From IMG/VR virus record IMGVR_UViG_3300045988_007086, positions 1 through 47,211 of that record: a stretch of DNA of 47,211 bases; one strand, 5' to 3'. Positions within the stretch are counted from its first letter, which is position 1. Every line of letters starts with the position of its first letter. Source of the stretch: a virus. Of this stretch, positions 25,734-34,654 are shown piece by piece. The position numbers were made by a program, and so were the translations under genes. The notes beneath the pieces were generated by a model. It made no database searches, was not told the DNA's origin, and saw only the letters and a program-made list of their open reading frames with translations.

Positions 25734-27488
25734 TCAGGCGTCGCTTCCGGCTTCCAGCACACGCCCGATGCTGTAGAGCTTAAACGGCCCTTTCCCTGTG
25801 ATCCGGAACCGCAGATGGTCACACCGCTGCGGGCGGATCGGCAGCAGGAACGTCCGCAGTCCGTGTCCGTCCATGTGTCCGGCGTGCCGGAACTCCCCGC
25901 AGGAGTCGTACTCGATCCAGAAGTCGCACGCGCTTCCGACGGGCAGCTGCATCCGCAGATTCAGCCGTGAGATATATTTCTTTCCGACGAGGCCGCATGT
26001 CATGATCCCGGTTGTCGCCGACCATGGGATCTCCGGCTCGACGTTTCCGCCGCCGGAGCCGTAGGCCGTGACGAGCATCCCGTCCGCGCTGAGCATATAA
26101 AGCTCATCGTCGAGCGCGGCGAACTGCGTCGCGTGCATGCCGTCCTCCCGGTGCCAAAGCCCCTTGAGCGTGTCATATACGAAAAGCTGCCAGGCATCGC
26201 TGCTGTCCTGCATCGAGATAAAATACTTTCCGCGCACGCCTCCGGCAGCCGCCTTGCGGTAAAGCTCCGTCCCGAAGGCGTCCGAGATCAGATAGGGGAG
26301 GGAGCCGTCATAGACGCACACGCCGTCCCGTGCCTTGTAATAGAGCTTATCGGCAATGACGGTCAGGCTCTGCTCACTTCCGCGCTGCACGCCTCGGGCC
26401 TTGATCTCCTTGACCTGATGCGCGCCCTGCGCGCTCGGATAAATGCGGTGAAAGCAGTCCTCTTTGAAGAAAATCGGGCTGTCTGCCAGCGTCGCGGCTC
26501 CTGTGAAGCGTCCGTCCGTACCGCAGCTTGCGCGCCATGAATCCGTCGAAATGCCCTGATAGCACTCCCAGTTCTTGAAATCACCCAGCTTGCAGCAGTA
26601 CAGTTCGTTGACGGTTTTCCCGTCCGACACGCCGTACCGGCAGCCCCAGAGTCGGTTCCCGCTCTCGGTGATGTAGTCCATCTTCGGCACACGCCGGGCG
26701 GCCTTGACCTCACCTGTGCTCTGGCTCGCGTCCGCGTCCACGATCCCGACGATCACAAGGTAGTTGTCGCCGACGTCCTGCAAAACGTGGGAGCCGTTGA
26801 GCTTTTCGACCTGATCCGTCCCGTCGAGTCCGCTGATCTGCACGCCGTCGTACTTTTTGAAGCCCGCTCCGATGCCGTTTGCCTCCATCTTGACGTATAC
26901 CGTCGGGATGCTCACCCACTGGCTCTGCACGGAGCTCCACTGCTTGAGTTCATGCTTGCCCGTATCCAGCCAGTAGGCGTCATTCGCGGCGTCCTCCGGC
27001 ATGGCCTGCTGCCGGTATGTGATCGTGATAACGGCCCCGTCCACGGTGCAGACCTTGATGGAAAGCGCCGTCTGCGTGCAGTCCACGAGGTTTTCATGGC
27101 CCATGTAGCCGTTGTCCGTGTAGTCCTCGGTGTTGAAATACCATCCGTCCGGGAAAACGCAGATGTACGCGCCCATGGACACCATCTGTTTTTGTCCCTC
27201 GGAGAGCAGCACCCCGCCCATGTACGGAGCCATGGGCAGTGCGTTGTACCACAGCACGCCGTCCTCGATCCATGCCAGCGCGTCCTTTGCCAGTAGCCCT
27301 TGGATGCCGGCAAAATCTCCGACCATTGCGCGGGCCGCGCGCTGAGACAGCAGGGGATAGTAGTCCGAGGTGAGATTCTGCATCTCGTAGAATTCGCCAT
27401 CGGCAATGCGCAGGTTGTGGTTGTAGCCCGCGAAGGCCTCCGTAACCAGCTGTTCCTGCGCAGGCGCGTTCAGTTCGGGGTAAAGCAT
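25734..27488 (-). CDS. Large hypothetical virion protein (584 aa), possibly a beta-propeller tail/nozzle protein
   Basis: Track ORF trimmed to ATG 27488 (TAATG overlap with the TerL stop, GGAGGAAAGA upstream). Beta-rich with repeated W/Y/G blades. The function is inferred. Confidence 0.7.
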   Translation of the reverse strand: MLYPELNAPAQEQLVTEAFAGYNHNLRIADGEFYEMQNLTSDYYPLLSQRAARAMVGDFAGIQGLLAKDALAWIEDGVLWYNALPMAPYMGGVLLSEGQKQMVSMGAYICVFPDGWYFNTEDYTDNGYMGHENLVDCTQTALSIKVCTVDGAVITITYRQQAMPEDAANDAYWLDTGKHELKQWSSVQSQWVSIPTVYVKMEANGIGAGFKKYDGVQISGLDGTDQVEKLNGSHVLQDVGDNYLVIVGIVDADASQSTGEVKAARRVPKMDYITESGNRLWGCRYGVSDGKTVNELYCCKLGDFKNWECYQGISTDSWRASCGTDGRFTGAATLADSPIFFKEDCFHRIYPSAQGAHQVKEIKARGVQRGSEQSLTVIADKLYYKARDGVCVYDGSLPYLISDAFGTELYRKAAAGGVRGKYFISMQDSSDAWQLFVYDTLKGLWHREDGMHATQFAALDDELYMLSADGMLVTAYGSGGGNVEPEIPWSATTGIMTCGLVGKKYISRLNLRMQLPVGSACDFWIEYDSCGEFRHAGHMDGHGLRTFLLPIRPQRCDHLRFRITGKGPFKLYSIGRVLEAGSDA

Positions 27489-28846
27489 TATCTTTCCTCC
27501 ATCATGTTCAGCGGGTCGATCCACTGCGGCTTTTCCGGCACGGCCAGCATCGGCTTCACCGGCCTCGACATGCAGAAATACCGCCATTCGTCCGCGACGT
27601 GATCCTCAAGGCTCGTGTCGAGGTCCTCCGGCTTGTGCTCATCGTACATGAGCAGCGGGATCGTCCGGAGAAACGCCTTGCAGGTGTTGAAAACGTACAT
27701 GCGCGGGTACCCGTTCTCATCGAATTGCAGCCGGTAGTGGCATTGCATCCAGCCCGGAATGCGTTTGTTGTCGCCCGGCGTGAAGTAAACGCGGTATCTG
27801 GCCGCTGTCTGCGCCACGCTTTCTCCGCGCGAAGCGTCCCAGATCGAAGGGTCGGCCACGCCGGTGATCTGCTTCCCGGCCAGCCATGGATGCTCTCGCT
27901 CCATCTTCGCGATCTCTTGAAACTGCACATCCGGCGACCACTTGACGCCGGTGTTCGGCTCGCGCGTGCATCCGTAAAGCTCCAGAATGCGGTAGATCAC
28001 GCCGTCGTAATCGACGGCCCACCACGCGCAGGAGAACGGCTTTCCGTATCCGAAGTCGTAGCTCCGGCAGATCGTCCATCCCGGATCGGGCGTAAACGGC
28101 TCGATCACATGGGTGTTCTGCCGTGTCCGGTAGCCCTCCGGGTTGTTGATAAAGTCCTCAAAGAACTGGCCCTCGTAAATATCCCACCGGCCCTCCAGCC
28201 ATGCCTGCCGGAGCTTTTCCGGCAGCTTTTGCAGCGTCTGGACGTACTCCGGCTGCGTCTCCATGAGCGCTTTATTGTCGGTCACAAGCGCCTGGATGAA
28301 CGTGTAGTTCTCCGGCTTTTCGCCTTCCTCAAAAATGCGATCAATGAACAGCCGCTTGAAATATCCGTGGCTCTGACCGCCCGGATTGAGCGTGTAGTAG
28401 GTGCGCTTCGGAAATCCGTTTGTACCGCGCACCGTTGTGTCGATGGCGTCCAGCCACTCCTTTTTGAGCTGCGCGGCCTCGTCGATGAAGACCACATCGT
28501 ACTCCGCGCCCTGATACTGGAGCATATCGTTATCATTCGCGCAGTAGCCGAACTTGATCGTCGATCTGTTGAAGAAGTGCAGCGTGCGCTCCGACTTGTT
28601 GTACCGTGCAATCCCGGCCAGTTCCTGCACCAGTACGTTGATGTGGTTGTTGAGCAGCTCCGGATATGTACGGCGCACGATGAGGATCTTGATTTCCGGC
28701 CACTTGGAGGCCAGCAGCTTTGCCTTCGCGCGCACGGCCCAGCTCTTTCCGCCGCCGCGCGCACCTCCGTAAGCCACGTGTCTGTGGCGGTCCAGCAGGA
28801 ATTTTCGCTGCTTTTCGTTGGGTTCGCCAATCACGATCTCTCTCAT
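27488..28846 (-). CDS. terL: Terminase large subunit (452 aa)
   Basis: Walker A YGGARGGGKSW and Walker B-like VVFIDEA, with the nuclease half downstream. ATGA overlap with TerS. Confidence 0.92.
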   Translation of the reverse strand: MREIVIGEPNEKQRKFLLDRHRHVAYGGARGGGKSWAVRAKAKLLASKWPEIKILIVRRTYPELLNNHINVLVQELAGIARYNKSERTLHFFNRSTIKFGYCANDNDMLQYQGAEYDVVFIDEAAQLKKEWLDAIDTTVRGTNGFPKRTYYTLNPGGQSHGYFKRLFIDRIFEEGEKPENYTFIQALVTDNKALMETQPEYVQTLQKLPEKLRQAWLEGRWDIYEGQFFEDFINNPEGYRTRQNTHVIEPFTPDPGWTICRSYDFGYGKPFSCAWWAVDYDGVIYRILELYGCTREPNTGVKWSPDVQFQEIAKMEREHPWLAGKQITGVADPSIWDASRGESVAQTAARYRVYFTPGDNKRIPGWMQCHYRLQFDENGYPRMYVFNTCKAFLRTIPLLMYDEHKPEDLDTSLEDHVADEWRYFCMSRPVKPMLAVPEKPQWIDPLNMMEER

Positions 28847-29409
28847 CCGGCGTAGTCCTCCGCGTCCTCGCTCATGGCCACGCGCACGCCCTCATGCTTT
28901 GCGCTGTCGGCCTCATTCCAGCCGAAACGCCGTTCCAGATGGAACTTTGCGCCGTTCGCTGCGGAGCTGTCGAGCCGCTGGATGTTGTAGATCTCGATTC
29001 GCGCCCCTGCGCGCGCGCAGGTCTTTGCGAACTCCTCCGATGCGCGCATCGCATCCCATTGCTTTTCGTCCAGCCCCAGCGCGCCCAGCAGCTCCGGCAT
29101 GCACGGAGGCCGTATCCATACCTCGCGCATGAGCGGCTTTTTCCCGCGCATCACCGGCACGACCGCCGTCTGCGTGTGTCCGTATTTGTCGAGCGCGGGG
29201 CATTGCATCACGATCCGTTCTCCGTTTTTGATAAATTCCCGATCCTCCAGCACCGGCTCCGTCCTCGTCACCGGCTCCCGGTAGCAGATCGATGCGAAAT
29301 ACCGATCGATTGCGGAGCGAAGCTCCCGCGCGCTTTTGTATACCTTTTCGTTCAGGCTCTTCGCCCCCTTTCGTTTTTCGGAAGCTCTGCCAGGCGCGGA
29401 GGTCCCCAA
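28843..29409 (-). CDS. terS: Terminase small subunit (start uncertain; TTG 29409 proposed)
   Basis: GRASEKRKG...ELRSAIDRYF...MPELLGALGLDEKQWDAMR...FHLERRFGWNE is a typical gp3-type TerS pattern. The track start at 29556 lies upstream of a terminator, so it is rejected. Confidence 0.6.
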   Translation of the reverse strand: MGTSAPGRASEKRKGAKSLNEKVYKSARELRSAIDRYFASICYREPVTRTEPVLEDREFIKNGERIVMQCPALDKYGHTQTAVVPVMRGKKPLMREVWIRPPCMPELLGALGLDEKQWDAMRASEEFAKTCARAGARIEIYNIQRLDSSAANGAKFHLERRFGWNEADSAKHEGVRVAMSEDAEDYAG

Positions 29410-29486
29410 CTCCGCGCCCAGTAGGAAGGAAAGAACATGGCTCGTACTGTCTCGGGCCTTCGCCCGGCACAGCCTCCGAAATATGC

Positions 29487-29522
29487 AAAAAAGCCGGACC
29501 TCCGCTTTCGCGGAGATCCGGC
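29487..29522 (-). terminator. Rho-independent terminator separating the early and packaging operons
   Basis: Minus strand reads GCCGGATCTCCGC-GAAA-GCGGAGGTCCGGC followed by TTTTTT. Confidence 0.8.
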
Positions 29523-29587
29523 TTTCGCTTGCCCATATTGCCCTTCGGATGCACAAGCAGCCGACGACCTCCGCAGCAGCGGACAGA

Positions 29588-29839
29588 TCATCGGCTCAGG
29601 CTCATAGGCTCAGGCTCAGTATTCACGATCGTGGTGTTCCTGCAATTTTTGCAGTACAGAGGGAAGTCCCGGAGCCGTGTGGACCCCAGCAGTCGAACCG
29701 ACGTCCGTCTGCCGCATATCGGGCAGACGACGCGGTCTCCTTCCCTCACTAGCACCTTACCACACTTTTGTTCGCATTGCAAGTACTTTTTTCGCCTCCC
29801 CTCGGCATCGTCGCAAAACCCTACACATTTACAAGGCAA
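29588..29839 (-). CDS. Cysteine-rich KTR-type zinc-ribbon protein (83 aa or shorter)
   Basis: VVCPICGRRTSVRLLGSTRLRDFPLYCKNCRNTTIVN matches the Cys-rich KTR pattern. The start is TTG and uncertain. Confidence 0.6.
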   Translation of the reverse strand: MPCKCVGFCDDAEGRRKKYLQCEQKCGKVLVREGDRVVCPICGRRTSVRLLGSTRLRDFPLYCKNCRNTTIVNTEPEPMSLSR

Positions 29840-29862
29840 GATTTAAGCGGCTCCCGTCCGCT

Positions 29863-30609
29863 TCAATTTTTCATCCTTTTGGGATCGAATACATATTTAT
29901 AGTATTGGTATCCGTACTGTGTGGCTCTGGCCTCGACGAGCACATAGCCGCGCGGGGCGACCGGCGGATGCTCCGGGCTGTACTCGCGCACGGCCTCGGT
30001 CGCAGGCTCTGGCTCCGGCTTGGTGCAGGTGCGGCTTGCCTTGTATCTGTGGCCCCCGAACTCCTTCTGCCAGTGACCGTGCAGGTAGTTCGCCAGCGCC
30101 TCGTAGTCCTGCCCATGATCTACCTTTTCACCGTTCTGGTTTACATAATAGTTGTGCTTGCGAAGGTGCTTGCTCTCGACCACGCTTCCGAGGCCCCACA
30201 GCTTCGCAATGGCGTCCTCCGGGATGCCGTCGGAGATCATGTGGATGTGGAAGCGGTTCGTAGATTTTCCGCGCCCGTATACCATCACGATCTTTGCCTC
30301 CGGGTATCGGTATGTAAGCCTGCGCCAGTAATTGTCGCGGATGCGCTTGATCTCTTCCACGGTATGCGCCTCAAACTCCGCGCTGAGCGTCAGCGTGGAG
30401 TAGAGGCTGGTCGGGCCGAAGTTGGCGTTGATAAGCGCCGCGAATTTTCCCGCTGAAATTTTGGAGTTGAATTCGTCGCGCTCTGCCTGCGTGGCGAAGC
30501 GCGGCTTTCTCTGCCTGCTGCTCTTGATATCCGCCTGTTCGCTCACGTTGTAGACGATCTGTGTGCATACCGCCCCGGCAAATAACCGCCGCTTGTGCCT
30601 TTTTGCCAT
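29863..30609 (-). CDS. Putative HUH-type rolling-circle replication initiator (248 aa)
   Basis: HUH-like RFHIHMI and a Tyr motif DYEALANYLHGHW. No other replication protein is recognisable in the genome. Confidence 0.45.
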   Translation of the reverse strand: MAKRHKRRLFAGAVCTQIVYNVSEQADIKSSRQRKPRFATQAERDEFNSKISAGKFAALINANFGPTSLYSTLTLSAEFEAHTVEEIKRIRDNYWRRLTYRYPEAKIVMVYGRGKSTNRFHIHMISDGIPEDAIAKLWGLGSVVESKHLRKHNYYVNQNGEKVDHGQDYEALANYLHGHWQKEFGGHRYKASRTCTKPEPEPATEAVREYSPEHPPVAPRGYVLVEARATQYGYQYYKYVFDPKRMKN

Positions 30610-30622
30610 ACTCCATCATCCT

Positions 30623-31300
30623 TTATGCAAACAGTGATAGCTGCGCCGTATGCGCGGCGAAACGCTCCTCTTGTGCTGCAAAATAATCCTTGTCGATCTC
30701 GCACCCCACAAAATCCAGCCCTGCGTCATATGCAGCGATCCGGCTGCTTCCGCTGCCAAGGTGCGTATCAAGAATCTTGTCGCCCGGCTTTGCGTACCTA
30801 GCAAAGATCCAATCATAGAGCGCGATTGGCTTTTGCGTTGGATGTATCCTTCGCTCATTCTTGCTCTTGTTGCCTTGCATTACGTCGCCCTCCGCGATGC
30901 TCTTTCCTTGCATCATGCCATTCCACATATAGCGGATCAGCCTTGTGCTATCATGGCAATTTGTCGCCGCCAGCTCGCAATCGCTGAAGCTGCTCCCTTG
31001 GTTGCATTTGTCCCAAACGATCCTCCCCGGCGGGAAAGCATACCCGTAGTAATTGCATCCCCACACTATAAATCTCCGTGCAACGCGCCGAAGCTCTTCG
31101 AAATATTCTGTTCCCGGCACCTTCCATTCCGGGGATATCGGATAATCCCTGTGTACGCCGATTTTGCTCACCTTGCATCCGTAGTATCCGCGCCGTTCAG
31201 GCCCTGAAAAATACGGAGGATCTACCACAGCGAGATCAAATGCCTTATCCGGCAGCGCCCGCATATACTCCATGCAATCCATGTTATACGCAATGTTCAT
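30623..31300 (-). CDS. DNA methyltransferase, N6-adenine/N4-cytosine (beta class), 225 aa
   Basis: DPPY motif (VVDPPYF), then HPTQKP and the AdoMet motif ILDTHLGSGSS. Confidence 0.9.
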   Translation of the reverse strand: MNIAYNMDCMEYMRALPDKAFDLAVVDPPYFSGPERRGYYGCKVSKIGVHRDYPISPEWKVPGTEYFEELRRVARRFIVWGCNYYGYAFPPGRIVWDKCNQGSSFSDCELAATNCHDSTRLIRYMWNGMMQGKSIAEGDVMQGNKSKNERRIHPTQKPIALYDWIFARYAKPGDKILDTHLGSGSSRIAAYDAGLDFVGCEIDKDYFAAQEERFAAHTAQLSLFA

Positions 31301-31367
31301 AGTGATCCCTCCTGTTCTGCCCGTTCAAAGCGTGGCCGGAGCCTCCGGCCATGCGTTCAGCGTGCAG

Positions 31368-31712
31368 TTATATCTCCACTGCCTCGTCCAGCCGCACATT
31401 GATCTTCTTCCCGCCGGACTCGATCACATATCCTCCGTGTCCTCCGTACCTTGCCTCAAATTTCAGCGCATCATACACTGCACCCACCTTGGGCTGAAGC
31501 TTCTGGAATACCGGTATCCTTGTCATGATCCGGATGCGCGTCTGCGTCGGGAAATTTTTCTTTTCGAACGGAATGCCCTCGCGGTCCTGCGCCGCCTGTT
31601 TTGCCGCGCACACCTGGCTGCAATAAAACTTTTTTGCATGATTCATCCTGTGCAGCTCTCGCTGGAATACCTTCCCGCAGTGTGCGCACTGCATCGTTAT
31701 CATCGTCGGCAT
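31368..31712 (-). CDS. Zinc-ribbon hypothetical protein (114 aa)
   Basis: CAHCG...CSQVC. AGGAGG upstream of ATG 31712. Confidence 0.65.
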   Translation of the reverse strand: MPTMITMQCAHCGKVFQRELHRMNHAKKFYCSQVCAAKQAAQDREGIPFEKKNFPTQTRIRIMTRIPVFQKLQPKVGAVYDALKFEARYGGHGGYVIESGGKKINVRLDEAVEI

Positions 31713-31832
31713 ACTATCCTCCTAATTTTTACCCGGGCGCGGCCTTTGCAGCTGCCGCGCCCGGAGCCTTAAGCCGGGTCTCCCTCCTGCGCACCTCATG
31801 GCACAGTGCGCAGGCATAAGTCCATCAAAAAA

Positions 31833-32192
31833 TCAGTTCTCCCGGCTGTTTGCCGTCTCGATCTCCTTGCGCTCCTGCATAAATCCGTGCAGGAACATCT
31901 CCAATAGACTTGCCGCACCGTTTACCATCTTGGTAAGATCTTTTTTGCTGATCTGGAGTTTGCCGGTCGTTACGACCTGCAAGTCCGGCCTGCCGATGAT
32001 CTGTACCGTCGGACTCGGCTCGATCGTCCGTTTTCCGTCCTCCTCGATCTTATAGAGAGGCGGTGTCGCCTGCTCCATCACGATCCTCGGGGGATACTCC
32101 GTTCCAACGAAATCCACATCCCAATGCTTGCCGTTGTACTCATTTACAAACGAATCCAGCTCTACGGCAAAATATTGCATGATTTCAGCCAT
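31833..32192 (-). CDS. Hypothetical protein (119 aa)
   Basis: GGAGGG 8 nt upstream of ATG 32192. Confidence 0.65.
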   Translation of the reverse strand: MAEIMQYFAVELDSFVNEYNGKHWDVDFVGTEYPPRIVMEQATPPLYKIEEDGKRTIEPSPTVQIIGRPDLQVVTTGKLQISKKDLTKMVNGAASLLEMFLHGFMQERKEIETANSREN

Positions 32193-32382
32193 CTGTAGTT
32201 CCCTCCATTCCTACATGTTTTCGTCGCACGCCGTTTTCATCCTCCGTGAGCGGCAATGCCTTTCTGCGTGCCCGCTCCTCCGGCTGCCATCCGCAGTGCG
32301 TGCAGGCCTCGTCGCCCGCGTACTCCATCATGCAGCATCGCGCCGACTTCGGCAGCGTGCAGCGCTTTTCATCCTCTGCCAT
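32185..32382 (-). CDS. Small Cys-containing hypothetical protein (65 aa)
   Basis: AGGAGGTG upstream of ATG 32382. Confidence 0.55.
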   Translation of the reverse strand: MAEDEKRCTLPKSARCCMMEYAGDEACTHCGWQPEERARRKALPLTEDENGVRRKHVGMEGTTDG

Positions 32383-32384
32383 CC

Positions 32385-32843
32385 CTACACCTCCTGTATG
32401 TCGACCCCGTATTGGGATCGCATCATTTTTTTGTTGCGCAGGTACTCCTTGGTGCGCGTGGGCTTGGACTTTACATCCTCCACCACCAGCTTCCCGCCGA
32501 AGCGGTAAGAAAAGTCCGCCGTGTATCGGATCGCGCGGATGCGCTGGCCGTTCTCTGTGAGATAGCTCTCCTGCAGCGTAAACTGCGGCTGCAATCGCAG
32601 ATCTGTAATGATCTCCGCGCGGAGCATCACCATCAGCTCGTCGTACCGCCGCGCCTCTTTCTGGCTGTCGAAGCGCACCGCGCCGCGCTCTGCCTTCTGG
32701 CTTCCGTATTTCGTTTTCCCTTGGCTCCCCTTCGCAAGGGGAGCTGGCGCCGCAGCGCCTGAGAGGTCGCGCGCCTGCTTCGCGTAAAGCTCCCGCATCC
32801 TCGGCGGCATGTCCGCCATCGTTTCAAATCTCAGCCCGCTCAT
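32385..32843 (-). CDS. DUF1064-family protein (PD-(D/E)XK-like), start uncertain
   Basis: KYGSQKAERGAVRFDSQKEARRYDEL...IRYTADFSY...VEDVKSKPTRTKEY matches the DUF1064 pattern. Confidence 0.7.
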   Translation of the reverse strand: MSGLRFETMADMPPRMRELYAKQARDLSGAAAPAPLAKGSQGKTKYGSQKAERGAVRFDSQKEARRYDELMVMLRAEIITDLRLQPQFTLQESYLTENGQRIRAIRYTADFSYRFGGKLVVEDVKSKPTRTKEYLRNKKMMRSQYGVDIQEV

Positions 32844-33039
32844 TGCTCGGCCTTTCTTGCTTCCATAGTCCACTCGCAGAAGCCGTAGGCAGTGGCGGCC
32901 ATGGATATGTGTACGGCTTGCACTCCGGGATATCGATCCATTCCCATTGGTTGTCGCGGTAAATCAGAAATATTTCCGCCTCCGGCTGGACGGCATACAC
33001 CGTGAACACGCCACCAGATAAAAGCTCAACCTGAAACAT
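32824..33039 (-). CDS. Small hypothetical protein (71 aa)
   Basis: Trimmed to ATG 33039 after AGGGGGG. Confidence 0.55.
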   Translation of the reverse strand: MFQVELLSGGVFTVYAVQPEAEIFLIYRDNQWEWIDIPECKPYTYPWPPLPTASASGLWKQERPSNERAEI

Positions 33040-33427
33040 TGCCGTTCCCCCCTGTATTTGTCTGATACTCGCCGTAACTGCAAAAATCGTCCGGCGCAAT
33101 CTCCATATCGCTGATGCCGCAGATGAGAAAACCGTTAGCGTTAATCGTCGCGTCAACAAGATACTTGCAGGCTCGGCACCGCACCACCTCCGCAACGTCG
33201 GCGGCGGGTTCATCTTCAATTTCAAATTCTTCCGATAGCCACTTGAACACATACGAAAGGTAAAACGAGCCGTACCCAACGTGCCATTTTTTATCTACCG
33301 GGTCAAAATACAGAATGTTGTAATACGGCTTTTCAGCCGATCCACAAACAAAGATTTTGGCAAAGTTGGTCTTAATTTTATTCTTGTTGGTGCAAGCATC
33401 TGCGCTCTGCATATCTCTTTCAGGCAT
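33026..33427 (-). CDS. Hypothetical protein (133 aa)
   Basis: Trimmed to ATG 33427 after GGAGG. Contains a PAADVAEVV motif shared with the next gene. Confidence 0.6.
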   Translation of the reverse strand: MPERDMQSADACTNKNKIKTNFAKIFVCGSAEKPYYNILYFDPVDKKWHVGYGSFYLSYVFKWLSEEFEIEDEPAADVAEVVRCRACKYLVDATINANGFLICGISDMEIAPDDFCSYGEYQTNTGGNGNVSG

Positions 33428-33740
33428 TTTCGCAACCTCCATCCATCTTCGCGCCGCAGTTGGGGCAGTGTTTCGGCAGGCACTTCGGGTTATCCGTGCC
33501 GTCGTCGATGCAGTATCCGCATTGAGAGCAATGCCACACATCAAGCACAATCTCGCCGTCTGCGTATCCGTCTCCCTCACCTTCCCATTGCCCCTGCACC
33601 ACCTCCGCAACGTCTGCGGCGGGCATTTCCCGAATTTCGGCATATGCGCGTTCCAACCGTGTTAGTGCCGTCATGCTTCCACCGCGTTCTGCTTTCCGTA
33701 ACGCAAATAGCGCATCCTCGCGCCGGATATAATCAGTCAT
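33420..33740 (-). CDS. Zinc-ribbon hypothetical protein (106 aa)
   Basis: CSQCG...CPNCG; contains the PAADVAEVV motif. Confidence 0.6.
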   Translation of the reverse strand: MTDYIRREDALFALRKAERGGSMTALTRLERAYAEIREMPAADVAEVVQGQWEGEGDGYADGEIVLDVWHCSQCGYCIDDGTDNPKCLPKHCPNCGAKMDGGCENA

Positions 33741-33933
33741 AAGCCATATACTCCCTTACGATTCTGCTTTGCATTTCCGGGCTAAAGACGTAAAGCGGCG
33801 TGCATCTACGCAGGATCTCTGCTTTCAAAAGCCGCTCCGCCTGCCTCTTGGTCAGCTGCGGCTCTCGCTTCTTCGGCGGCAGCTCGCCTTTTGCTGCCGC
33901 AATAGCGGTCGGGTTGTGCTTATGTTGCCCCAT
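33733..33933 (-). CDS. Small hypothetical protein (66 aa)
   Basis: Trimmed to ATG 33933 after GGAGGTG. Confidence 0.55.
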   Translation of the reverse strand: MGQHKHNPTAIAAAKGELPPKKREPQLTKRQAERLLKAEILRRCTPLYVFSPEMQSRIVREYMAYD

Positions 33934-34153
33934 CGTCCCGCACCTCCACGCCAGCCTCGTCCAGCAGGTCACAAAGATCGGTGTCCACGCTGCTACCAAT
34001 AAACTCGCCATTTTCGTCGTAGTGGTTGTACTCCGTGGTCGGCCGGGATTCTATCCCTGCAAACTCTTTTAAAAGTCTCAGGTATTCGTCGTTATCGATG
34101 AGCTGAGCCTGATAGAGTTGGCTCAACTGCGCTTTGGTTATGCGCTTAGCCAT
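33920..34153 (-). CDS. Small hypothetical protein (77 aa)
   Basis: GGAGG upstream of ATG 34153. Confidence 0.6.
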   Translation of the reverse strand: MAKRITKAQLSQLYQAQLIDNDEYLRLLKEFAGIESRPTTEYNHYDENGEFIGSSVDTDLCDLLDEAGVEVRDDGAT

Positions 34154-34646
34154 CCTTTTTGTCCTCCATTTCCTGCAAAGCCTTCTCGGCTTCTTCGCGG
34201 CTCAAAAATACAGTTTTCCCTATGGAACTTTCCACGCATGGGCAGAACGGGTACGTTTCAATGTCCCACCGTCCCTGTATTGCGAAGTATTTCATGCTCC
34301 CGACTCGTTGCTCGAAGATTTCTCCGGCAAACACTCTGTATAATATATCGCCCACCTTGCACGGCTGCACGACCACGCGCCCGTCTTTCTCTGCTTCGGC
34401 AAGCTCGCGGATGTGCTTGAGCAATGTAAGCTGTTCAGCCAGCGTTTTTGATTCTTTAAGCGCGTAATCGAACAGCTCTCCTTGCGCAGTTACCTCTTTT
34501 GGCGTCAGACCCGTGTCCTCGTATGATTTCAGCCGCGTCCAAACCTTCTTCTGGCTGCACGAGCCATCCTCGCAGAAGCTTCCTCCCGGAACATCGCGGC
34601 ACTGTGCAATATCGCAGAAGTTGCCTTCAAACGTTAGTCGTTCCAT
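34146..34646 (-). CDS. Hypothetical protein (166 aa)
   Basis: AGGAGGGG upstream of ATG 34646. Confidence 0.65.
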   Translation of the reverse strand: MERLTFEGNFCDIAQCRDVPGGSFCEDGSCSQKKVWTRLKSYEDTGLTPKEVTAQGELFDYALKESKTLAEQLTLLKHIRELAEAEKDGRVVVQPCKVGDILYRVFAGEIFEQRVGSMKYFAIQGRWDIETYPFCPCVESSIGKTVFLSREEAEKALQEMEDKKDG

Positions 34647-34654
34647 AGCCCCTC

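Noticed and set aside
29352-29438. Programmed -1 frameshift joining ATG 29438 to the TerS frame at CCGAAAAAC
   Set aside because: The heptamer is imperfect (G AAA AAC), there is no downstream structure, and the ATG has a weak RBS. An alternative start or a homopolymer error is more likely.
31713-31832. Two strong hairpins (CCGGGCGCGGC/GCCGCGCCCGG and CCTGCGCAC/GTGCGCAGG) in an early intergenic region as terminators or an ncRNA
   Set aside because: Neither is followed by a U-tract on the transcribed strand and no recognisable RNA family was seen. The evidence is insufficient for a feature call.
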